A DNA stretch of 64,000 nt from Gammaproteobacteria bacterium (GTDB lineage: Bacteria; Pseudomonadota; Gammaproteobacteria; Eutrophobiales; Eutrophobiaceae): the NCBI GenBank assembly GCA_021773235.1, contig JAJFKL010000045.1:12150-76149 (forward strand), in the 5' to 3' direction. The position numbers and the translations under genes are program-made. The notes below the pieces were generated by a model. It did not search any database and was not told the origin of the DNA. It saw only the letters and a list, made by a program, of their open reading frames with translations. Below are positions 56,401-64,000 of the stretch, piece after piece. Within the stretch, counting starts at the first letter, position 1, and each line of letters begins with the position of its first letter.

Positions 56401-57261
56401 ATGACAGAAAATAAAATAAGTCCAGCTTATCTCAGCAAGGTTCCCATTTTTGCATCGCTGAGTAATGCTGAGCTACAAGAAATCATTAATTCTTCAGACA
56501 ATGGATATGAAGAATATGAAATGAAGCAAGGCATCATTCGCGAGGAAGAGATTGGCGATTGCATGTATGTCATCTTGGAAGGCACGGTTGAAGTCTCAAT
56601 TAAGGGCAGTGCTGGCGGCCGTGAAATTTCGATTGCTACTTTACGTGCAGGTGATTTTTTTGGAGAACAATCATTACTCCCTGGTGGCACAGGAAGAAGG
56701 AATGCCAGTGTCCGTGCATTTCATCCTAGCAAGCTATTTCGTATAGATAAAAGGCATGTATTGTTAAATATTGGTGGGCTGGATGAGTCAGAAGACGTAA
56801 CCGTCCAGATGTTTAAATCAGATGAACAAGAAGTCCGCGATATGTTGGGCAAACTTCGAATATTTGAATCTCTTGCATCATCAGAATTAGATACCTACCG
56901 TTCATGGACCGAGGTAGTCACCGTGGGCCCAGGTGATTTCGTTGTAAAAGAAGATGAGCCCGGCGAACACTTATTCGTCGTTCTGGAAGGCATTGTTGAA
57001 GTTTTTATAATTGATGAAGATGGAAAGATCAACATACTCGCCAGATTGAAACCTGGAGAATACTTCGGCGAACAGGCATTAATGGATGATAGTAGCGGTG
57101 AAAGAAATGCTTATGTCAGAACGGACAATGAAACGCGATTAATAAAGATAGCAAAAGATTACTTCAAATTAGCATTAAAACGAGACAGCGTTTTAGCAAT
57201 GACCTTAAAAAAAGTAGGTGCAGCTCAAAAGGAAGAGATCTCAAAGCTTGAAGGCAAATAA
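56401..57261 (+). CDS. Protein with two tandem cyclic-nucleotide-binding domains
   Basis: 286 aa. Two copies of the FGE(Q)xLL...RNAxVR pattern (GDFFGEQSLL...RNASVRA; GEYFGEQALM...RNAYVRT). Confidence 0.8.
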   Translation: MTENKISPAYLSKVPIFASLSNAELQEIINSSDNGYEEYEMKQGIIREEEIGDCMYVILEGTVEVSIKGSAGGREISIATLRAGDFFGEQSLLPGGTGRRNASVRAFHPSKLFRIDKRHVLLNIGGLDESEDVTVQMFKSDEQEVRDMLGKLRIFESLASSELDTYRSWTEVVTVGPGDFVVKEDEPGEHLFVVLEGIVEVFIIDEDGKINILARLKPGEYFGEQALMDDSSGERNAYVRTDNETRLIKIAKDYFKLALKRDSVLAMTLKKVGAAQKEEISKLEGK

Positions 57262-57391
57262 TAATATAGTTGTTCATTAATACCCGCTACTCCCAACCCA
57301 AGCTATTCCAAAATAATTCATTTATACTATAGCTTTATGCTCGCAGTATCTGTGGCTAGCTATATCGATATTGGTAATTCTATTTTTCATC

Positions 57392-58315
57392 ATGCCCGCA
57401 TTAGAAATAAAAAACTTAAATAAAATATATTCAAATAAATTCGAAGCCTTAAAAGGGATTGATCTGAATGTAAACCAAGGTGACTTTTTCGCTTTGCTGG
57501 GTCCTAACGGCGCCGGAAAATCTACCACAATTGGAATTATTTGCGGTCTTGTCAATAAAACCTCAGGAACAGTTAAAGTCTTTGGTAATGATATAGATAC
57601 AGAGAATGATGCGGCAAAAGCCTGCATCGGAGTCGTTCCGCAAGAGCTTAATTTTTCACAATTTGAATCATGCCTGAGCATAGTACTCAATCAGGGTGGT
57701 TACTACGGAGTCAGCCGTAGTGTAGCAATGGAACGTGCTGAAAAATACCTTAAGAAGCTTGGTCTTTGGGAAAAACGTAATGAGTGTTCACGAAACTTAT
57801 CGGGGGGGATGAAACGCCGCTTGATGATCGCCAGAGCATTAATTCATGAACCTAAAATGTTAATCCTGGATGAACCTACTGCTGGGGTTGATGTTGAGTT
57901 AAGACGTTCGATGTGGGATTTCTTGATAGATTTAAATCAACAAGGCGTCACTATTGTTCTCACTACTCACTATCTTGAAGAGGCCGAAAGTCTTTGTAAA
58001 AATATAGCGATAATTGATCAAGGCATAATCGTTGAAGATACCTCAATGAAACAGCTTCTATCAAAATTAGATAAGGAAACATTCATCTTTGATTTGGTTG
58101 AGTCCATTGCTACTTTGCCCGATTTAAATGGGCTTAGTAGTAAGTTAATAGATCCTACAACTGTAGAAATTGAGATCTTGCGTAAAGATAATATCAATCA
58201 AGTTTTTGATGTTTTTACCAGTAACAATATAAATGTTTGTAGCATGAGAAATAAATCAAATCGACTGGAAGAGCTATTTCTTGATTTGTTAAATAACAAT
58301 AATAAAACGGATTAG
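57392..58315 (+). CDS. ABC transporter ATP-binding protein (ABC-2/YadG-type)
   Basis: Walker A GPNGAGKST, signature LSGGMKRR, Walker B LILDEP. Trimmed to the ATG at 57392. Confidence 0.9.
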   Translation: MPALEIKNLNKIYSNKFEALKGIDLNVNQGDFFALLGPNGAGKSTTIGIICGLVNKTSGTVKVFGNDIDTENDAAKACIGVVPQELNFSQFESCLSIVLNQGGYYGVSRSVAMERAEKYLKKLGLWEKRNECSRNLSGGMKRRLMIARALIHEPKMLILDEPTAGVDVELRRSMWDFLIDLNQQGVTIVLTTHYLEEAESLCKNIAIIDQGIIVEDTSMKQLLSKLDKETFIFDLVESIATLPDLNGLSSKLIDPTTVEIEILRKDNINQVFDVFTSNNINVCSMRNKSNRLEELFLDLLNNNNKTD

Positions 58316-58324
58316 ATCATAGCC

Positions 58325-59092
58325 ATGCAATCCCTGTTTATCCCATTCAGTACAATCGTTATCAAAGAAGTTTCGCGCTTTACACGAATTTGGGTGCAAA
58401 CTATTTTGCCCCCAGCAATAAGCATGACACTCTATTTTGTTATTTTTGGTAGCCTGATTGGTCCAAGAATTGGAACTATGAATGGGTTTGATTATATTGA
58501 TTATATAGCACCCGGTATCATCATGATGTCGATAATAAACAATGCTTATGCAAATGTAGTCTCTTCTTTTTATGGTGCTAAATTCCAGCGACATATTGAA
58601 GAGATGTTAGTCGCACCTATTCCAAACTTTATCATTCTCGCTGGCTTTGTCACCGGTGGTGTTGTACGAGGCTTTATGGTTGGAGCGGTTGTCACCATAG
58701 TAGCTCTTTTTTTTACAGATCTGCAATTGCATAGCTTTCCGATAACTATTGCTGTTGTCTTGATGACTTCGATCGTTTTTTCTCTGGCGGGAATGATTAA
58801 CGCTATTTTTGCAACTAAATTTGATGATATTTCTATCATACCCACTTTTGTATTAACACCGTTGATCTATCTTGGCGGCGTTTTTTATTCGATTGATATG
58901 CTACCTGAATTCTGGCAAAAAGTGTCTGCCTTCAACCCAATACTATATATGGTGAATGCTTTTCGATACGGCATGCTTGGAGAGTCTGATATCAGCATCA
59001 CTCACGCCTTTATTATGCTTATAGTTTTCACAATTACATTATTGATAGTTTCTTTGCAATTGTTAAATAGAGGCGTCGGAATAAAGTCTTGA
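58325..59092 (+). CDS. ABC-2 type transporter permease (YadH-like)
   Basis: 255 aa, 6 TM. Directly follows the ATPase gene. Confidence 0.9.
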   Translation: MQSLFIPFSTIVIKEVSRFTRIWVQTILPPAISMTLYFVIFGSLIGPRIGTMNGFDYIDYIAPGIIMMSIINNAYANVVSSFYGAKFQRHIEEMLVAPIPNFIILAGFVTGGVVRGFMVGAVVTIVALFFTDLQLHSFPITIAVVLMTSIVFSLAGMINAIFATKFDDISIIPTFVLTPLIYLGGVFYSIDMLPEFWQKVSAFNPILYMVNAFRYGMLGESDISITHAFIMLIVFTITLLIVSLQLLNRGVGIKS

Positions 59093-59110
59093 TATAGTCC
59101 TAGGTTAAAA

Positions 59111-59479
59111 TTATTTACCCGTATAAACACAACCTGATGTACATGTCTCTTTCACAACGATAGAGCTAAGTAATGGCAACTGTGATTTGAGTTTATACCA
59201 TAGCCATTTGGCCAAGTTCTCACTTGTAGGGTTTTCCAAGCCCTCTACCTCATTAAGGTAACGATGATCCAAACAATCAAACACAGGTTTAATTGCCCCA
59301 CTTATTTCAGCAAAATCCATCACCCAACCCGTAGTCTCATCAACATCTCCAGAGACATGTACTTCTATAGTAAAAGAATGTCCGTGTAATCGACTACATT
59401 TATGATCATCTGGTAAGTTCGGTAAGCGATGTGCTGCTTCAATAGTAAATGATTTATATATTTCCATAATTATTGGCAA
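59111..59479 (-). CDS. queD: 6-carboxy-5,6,7,8-tetrahydropterin synthase
   Basis: 122 aa. FTIEAAHRLP ... CSRLHGHSF ... ETCTSG motifs. Confidence 0.9.
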   Translation of the reverse strand: MPIIMEIYKSFTIEAAHRLPNLPDDHKCSRLHGHSFTIEVHVSGDVDETTGWVMDFAEISGAIKPVFDCLDHRYLNEVEGLENPTSENLAKWLWYKLKSQLPLLSSIVVKETCTSGCVYTGK

Positions 59480-60309
59480 TAACCTGATTTAAATTCCTGG
59501 TAAAGCTGATTAACTGTTTGCCACAAGGGACCGACCTCTCCTGTTCCTACAGGCTTATTATTCAATTGGGTAACAGGAACAATCTCCCAAGTTGAACTTG
59601 TAACCCAGACCTCATCAGCTTTCAATAAATCTTCTTCACTGATGGTTGTCTCAGAATAAGACATCTTATGATCGGACAGTATTTCAACAACTAAATCTCG
59701 CGTTATGCCAGGTAAAACATGATTATTTTTAGGCGGCGTAAGTATCTCATTCTCTTTGCAAACAAAGACATTACTTGCTGCACCCTCTGTTATATTACCG
59801 TCCCTAATCAGGATAGCTTCTTTTGCACCCTGTTGTTTTGCTTTATGCCTGAGTAACACACTCGGTAGCAGGGTAATGGCCTTAATATCACAATATTGCC
59901 ATCGTATATCCTCATGAGTTATCGCATTAATTCCGTCGGACAAATCCTTTTTTTGGATTGGTCGGCTCATTGCAAAAATTGTTGGATTTTCAGCAAGTGA
60001 AATATCGTGATCTCGTTCGGTAACACCACGCGTGATTTGTAAATAAATGGACTGTTCTGGTTGTTCACCAGACTCTATTAATTTTTCAAATATTGAGGAC
60101 CATTCTGAAGAAGGATACGGATTCTCCATGAAAATAGCCTTCAAGCTATTCTCAAGACGCTGCATGTGTTCATCAAAACGAAATATTGTACGGTTAAAAA
60201 TTGGGATGACTTCATAAACCCCATCGCCAAAGGTAAAACCACGATCAAGCACGTTAATTGATGCTTCTGAAAGAGGTTTATACTCCCCGTTTAAATAAAC
60301 CGTTGTCAT
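59470..60309 (-). CDS. Class IV aminotransferase (D-amino-acid aminotransferase-like)
   Basis: 279 aa. DRGFTFGDGVYEV start and the fold-type IV pattern with a catalytic Lys region. Confidence 0.8.
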   Translation of the reverse strand: MTTVYLNGEYKPLSEASINVLDRGFTFGDGVYEVIPIFNRTIFRFDEHMQRLENSLKAIFMENPYPSSEWSSIFEKLIESGEQPEQSIYLQITRGVTERDHDISLAENPTIFAMSRPIQKKDLSDGINAITHEDIRWQYCDIKAITLLPSVLLRHKAKQQGAKEAILIRDGNITEGAASNVFVCKENEILTPPKNNHVLPGITRDLVVEILSDHKMSYSETTISEEDLLKADEVWVTSSTWEIVPVTQLNNKPVGTGEVGPLWQTVNQLYQEFKSGYCQ

Positions 60310-60315
60310 AATTTT

Positions 60316-61461
60316 TTATTCAAACAAAAGATACACTTCATCTTTTAATCTATTAACGATACCACCTTCAACGATCGATTCGAGTGCTAATAGCGGTACT
60401 GTTGTGATATTTTTGTTTTCCAACTTTATATTTAGCACACCTTTTTGATCACCTTTATTAACTGGAGCCATGATCTTTTTATCCACCTCTACAACTGGCT
60501 CAAGTTTTTCATACTGGCCTCTTGGAACGGTAATATAGATATCCTTATTAACACTTAAGTTAAGATTATCAGTGTCTGCTTTCCATACTTTAACACTGGT
60601 AATCAAATCTCCTGCACTATAAAGTTTGTGTGTTTCAAAGAATCGGAAACCATAATTTAATATTGCTTGACTGGCTTTTGCTCTGGCATTCATTCCATCT
60701 GTCCCCATTACAACAGAAATAAGCCGCATCCCATCTCTATCAGCCGAGGCAACCAAACAATAACCAGCTTCTTCTGTATGGCCTGTCTTTATTCCATCAA
60801 CACTACGATCTCGCCAAAGTAATTTATTACGATTATGTTGTTTAATCTTATTAAAGGTGAATTCCTTAACTTTGTGTAAGGCATAAACTTCCGGGTAGTC
60901 TCTTATTAATGCCTGGGCCAACTTAGCTAAATCACTAGCAGTCGTATAGTGGTCCGGGTCGGGAAGACCAGTACTATTAACAAAGTGTGAATTGTTCATG
61001 CCTAACGTCTCTGCGTGTTTATTCATCAAATCAGCAAAGACACCTTCGGTACCTGATATATACTCAGCTAGTGCAACACTCGCATCATTTCCTGATTGAA
61101 TAATGACACCATGAAGTAGGTCATCAAGTTTAACTTGCTTATTAACCTCAATAAACATCCTTGAACCTTCTGTGCGCCAGGCTTTTTCACTCACCAATAC
61201 TTCGTCTTCTAGAGAAATTTTTCCATTCGCTAACTCACTGGCCACAACATAGATAGTCATGATCTTGGTTAAGCTGGCGGGAGGTAGTTTTTCTTCTGTA
61301 TTTTGTTCTACCAATATATCGCCACTATTAAAATCCATCACCACGTAGGATGAGGCCTTTATTGTAGGCGGAGCAGGAACAATCATTTCCCCCGCTATAA
61401 CTTGCAGCGGTACAAATACCAGAATAAATATAACTTTAAATAATCTTATTTTCATATCCAT
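60316..61461 (-). CDS. dacA: D-alanyl-D-alanine carboxypeptidase (PBP5/6 family)
   Basis: 381 aa. Signal peptide; SLTKIMT (SxxK), SGN and KTGHT motifs. Confidence 0.9.
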   Translation of the reverse strand: MDMKIRLFKVIFILVFVPLQVIAGEMIVPAPPTIKASSYVVMDFNSGDILVEQNTEEKLPPASLTKIMTIYVVASELANGKISLEDEVLVSEKAWRTEGSRMFIEVNKQVKLDDLLHGVIIQSGNDASVALAEYISGTEGVFADLMNKHAETLGMNNSHFVNSTGLPDPDHYTTASDLAKLAQALIRDYPEVYALHKVKEFTFNKIKQHNRNKLLWRDRSVDGIKTGHTEEAGYCLVASADRDGMRLISVVMGTDGMNARAKASQAILNYGFRFFETHKLYSAGDLITSVKVWKADTDNLNLSVNKDIYITVPRGQYEKLEPVVEVDKKIMAPVNKGDQKGVLNIKLENKNITTVPLLALESIVEGGIVNRLKDEVYLLFE

Positions 61462-61467
61462 TTATTT

Positions 61468-62316
61468 TTAATTAGTAACAATACGATGTTCATTAACATC
61501 ATAGTCAGTCAGGTCTGAAACAATAGCATCGGCCTGATCTATATTAGTCAGTGGTCCAATCCTGACTCGATACAGGGTATTACCAGAAACAACAACCTCA
61601 CTGATGTTTATCTTGTCTTTGCCAATTGGTGCTAGTTTTTGCTTTAAGCCTTCGGCATTAGTTAAATTGCCAAATGACCCCACCTGAATATAAAAACCAT
61701 CTTCATTCTTTACAGTAGGGGTACTTACAACAGGCGCACCTTCAGCAGTATCAACAGAGGCCGTCTGCCCTGGTCCAACAACCCTGATTTCAACCAGGCC
61801 AGTACCATTTTTCACAATATCAAGTTTAGTGGCAGCTGTATAAGAAAGATCAATAATGCGATTCTCATGAAAAGGTCCACGATCATTGACCTTAACAATA
61901 ACCTTTCTTCCATTTTTTAAATTAGTTACTTCAACATATGTAGGTAACACTAAGCTTTTATGAGCCGCGGTCATCGCATACATATCATAGGTCTCACCAC
62001 TAGAGGTACGTCGACCATGAAATTTTGTGCCATACCATGAGGCAATACCCTTCTCCACGAAGCCTTTATTACTTTCCATAACATAATATCGCTTATCAAA
62101 AACAACATATGACTTTGGATTACCGTAACGACTTTTTGGCTCATCCTTGGGCACAGCATTCGGAACTTTTGAAACATCAATCTGCTTACTAGGTGCTTTA
62201 TCACTTGAAGAAGTAGCGACGCCAACGCCCCCACAAGCCGATAAAAATAATGCAACAATCAATATAGTTACTCTTATGACAATACTTCCAGTGAGTATTT
62301 TTAAAACTAGAGTCAT
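61468..62316 (-). CDS. rlpA: Septal-ring lytic transglycosylase RlpA (DPBB + SPOR domains)
   Basis: 282 aa. Lipoprotein-like N-terminus (LSAC), GIASWYG...HGRRTSSGE DPBB motif and a C-terminal SPOR domain (YIQVGSF). Confidence 0.9.
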   Translation of the reverse strand: MTLVLKILTGSIVIRVTILIVALFLSACGGVGVATSSSDKAPSKQIDVSKVPNAVPKDEPKSRYGNPKSYVVFDKRYYVMESNKGFVEKGIASWYGTKFHGRRTSSGETYDMYAMTAAHKSLVLPTYVEVTNLKNGRKVIVKVNDRGPFHENRIIDLSYTAATKLDIVKNGTGLVEIRVVGPGQTASVDTAEGAPVVSTPTVKNEDGFYIQVGSFGNLTNAEGLKQKLAPIGKDKINISEVVVSGNTLYRVRIGPLTNIDQADAIVSDLTDYDVNEHRIVTN

Positions 62317-62318
62317 AT

Positions 62319-63320
62319 CTACTGTTCTAGAGCCTGGGATGTTTTATTAATCCGTTTTTCAATCTCTGATGCTAACTGATAGACGGCCATAGCGTATAGA
62401 TGACTATGGTTATAGCGAGTGATGACATAAAAATTTTTATGTGCCAACCAATGTTCATTGGTGTTTTTCTGTTCGTATTCAAATAACTTTAACTTCTCAT
62501 TTTTTTCAAACAGCGAATTTGATTTTATACCCAGACTTTCCAACTCAGACTCATCTACATCTGGCTTGAGACCATTGCCTAATACACTCTTATATTTATC
62601 ACCCTCTAACGTCACTTTGGCAATAACAGGCTTATCCTTTTGCCAACCATGTTCGGCAAAATAATTTGCAACACTGCCAATGGCATCATCCGGGTTATTC
62701 CAGATATCAATTATATTATCTCCGTCAAAATCTATTGCATAATGACGATAACTACTCGATATAAATTGCGGCATACCCATTGCGCCGGCGTAAGAACCTT
62801 TTAAGGTAAGTGGGTCAAAACCCTGTTCACGTGCAAGCAATAAAAACTGTTCAAACTCGTTACGAAAAAAAGCAGCTCGCTTTGGGTAGTGAAACCCAAG
62901 TGTATTTAGCGCATCGACAACGCGATAACTTCCGGCAATTCGCCCATAAAAAGTTTCCACACCAATAATTGCGGTAATTATCTCTACAGGGACACCAAAT
63001 TGTTTTTCCGCGGCCTCTAGCTTCTCCCGATTTTTATCCAGAAACTCAACGCCTTCAATAATGCGTTTTTTCTTTAAAAATATGTTTCTGTATTTATACC
63101 AAGGCAATCTTTTTTCTGCTGGTTTTGAAATTGCTTTAAGAATTGTTTCTGAAACGATGACTTGGTCAAATAGCTTTTTCAGACTTGTTGAATCAAAGTC
63201 ATATTGAGATGCCATTTTCTTAATGAAATCATCCTGCATTGTCGATACATCTGTATTAGCCTGCGCGAAAGACATCCATAGGCACAACAGAGTTATTATG
63301 AGTAATTTAATTTTTTGCAT
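62319..63320 (-). CDS. mltB: Lytic murein transglycosylase B
   Basis: 333 aa. Signal peptide; IIGVETFYG ... GAMGMPQFISSSY motifs. Confidence 0.9.
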   Translation of the reverse strand: MQKIKLLIITLLCLWMSFAQANTDVSTMQDDFIKKMASQYDFDSTSLKKLFDQVIVSETILKAISKPAEKRLPWYKYRNIFLKKKRIIEGVEFLDKNREKLEAAEKQFGVPVEIITAIIGVETFYGRIAGSYRVVDALNTLGFHYPKRAAFFRNEFEQFLLLAREQGFDPLTLKGSYAGAMGMPQFISSSYRHYAIDFDGDNIIDIWNNPDDAIGSVANYFAEHGWQKDKPVIAKVTLEGDKYKSVLGNGLKPDVDESELESLGIKSNSLFEKNEKLKLFEYEQKNTNEHWLAHKNFYVITRYNHSHLYAMAVYQLASEIEKRINKTSQALEQ

Positions 63321-63323
63321 GTT

Positions 63324-64000
63324 TTAAAATGAGAGAAAACGTCTATGAGTGTGTATTGCCATTATGATACCGAATCCAATCATTAATGTTACCATTGAGG
63401 TGCCTCCATGGCTAACCAATGGCAATGGAACCCCGACCACAGGTAACTGTCCGGTGACCATGCCCATATTCACAAAGATATAAACAAAGAAGGTTAGTGT
63501 TAAGCCACTGGCCAATAAGCGACCGAAGGTATGTTGTGCATTTATGGCAATATAGAGCCCACGTGAAATAATGAATAGGTAGATGCATAATAAAAACAGC
63601 ACACCTAACATACCGAATTCTTCACAAAACACCGCAAAGATAAAATCCGTGGATCGTTCAGGCAAGAACTCTAAATGCGATTGGGTGCCATTCAACCAAC
63701 CTTTGCCATAAAAACCACCCGAGCCAATCGCAATCTTCGATTGAATTGTGTGATATCCAGCACCTAAAGGGTCATTCTCAGGATTCAAGAAGGTCAAAAC
63801 CCGTCGCTTCTGATAGTCGTGCATGAAATACCAAAGTAAAGGAGCGCCTGCAGCTGCAAAACCTCCCATTATTGTCAGTAGACGCCATGAGATACCGGCA
63901 ATAAATAAGACTGAAAAACCGGCAGTTGCTACTAATAAAGCAGTTCCCAAGTCAGGTTGTTTTGCAATTAATAAGACCGGTATTGTTATTAACACACAGG
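63324..64000 (-). CDS. rodA: Rod-shape SEDS protein RodA (3' part; gene continues off the right edge)
   Basis: C-terminal 223+ aa with [17 protein letters not shown] and [13 protein letters not shown] motifs. Followed by mltB-rlpA-dacA. Confidence 0.9.
   Translation of the reverse strand, partial: CVLITIPVLLIAKQPDLGTALLVATAGFSVLFIAGISWRLLTIMGGFAAAGAPLLWYFMHDYQKRRVLTFLNPENDPLGAGYHTIQSKIAIGSGGFYGKGWLNGTQSHLEFLPERSTDFIFAVFCEEFGMLGVLFLLCIYLFIISRGLYIAINAQHTFGRLLASGLTLTFFVYIFVNMGMVTGQLPVVGVPLPLVSHGGTSMVTLMIGFGIIMAIHTHRRFLSF

Noticed and set aside
1-64000. CRISPR arrays, IS elements, transposases, integrases, prophage or known defence-system genes.
   Set aside because: No regularly spaced repeats and no recombinase or transposase-like ORFs were found by eye. 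The only mobility traces are the two duplicated target ends reported as findings.

Overview
AT-rich (roughly 40% GC by eye) window with gammaproteobacterial core synteny: recA-recX-alaS-lysC-csrA-tRNASer-tRNAArg, xseA/guaBA, and rodA-mltB-rlpA-dacA ... ybeD-lipB-lipA. No searches were possible, so all calls rest on motif reading of the ORF track and hand inspection of the DNA.

**Layout**
- 0-26 kb: an anaerobic respiration island, almost all on the minus strand. It holds a complete cytochrome cd1 nitrite reductase and haem d1 system: nirS, a NirT-like multihaem fusion, a cupredoxin, nirC-F-D-L-G-H-J-N, plus cysG and a Dnr/NnrR-type Crp-family regulator.
- Also in that island: a CuA-containing haem-copper oxidase operon (subunits II and I, ctaB, senC, a cytochrome b-ferredoxin-MvhD fusion, hemerythrin; ctaA divergent), and a second, degenerate NorB/CcoN-like protein at the tail of the nir operon.
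- 26-34 kb: CspA, RRM and NYN RNA genes, an MlaC-like/RND/cytochrome c' operon, an SDR and a Ser/Thr kinase-cNMP fusion.
- 34-64 kb: a PAS-GGDEF-EAL gene followed by housekeeping genes.

**Most interesting points**
- The catalytic oxidase subunit has Gln where the cross-linked Tyr should be. This makes it a candidate eNOR/sNOR-type NO reductase, and no norCB is visible in the window.
- The NorB/CcoN-like protein lacks the HH metal-ligand pair.
- There are unusual redox fusions: cyt b-2x[4Fe-4S]-MvhD, and NirT joined to a haem-binding C-terminal module.
- Four TTGAT-N4-ATCAA boxes tie the oxidase operon, a porin-nirS unit, a membrane hemerythrin and the MlaC/RND/cyt c' operon into one putative regulon.
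- Two integrase-less relic islands are marked by duplicated target ends: a 20-bp tRNA-Arg 3' end repeat bracketing the GGDEF-EAL gene, and a decayed about 80-bp copy of the guaA 3' end bracketing a Sel1-repeat gene.
- An HTH-WYL regulator lies divergent from a recA that has no recognisable SOS box.

No CRISPR array, transposase or integrase was seen.
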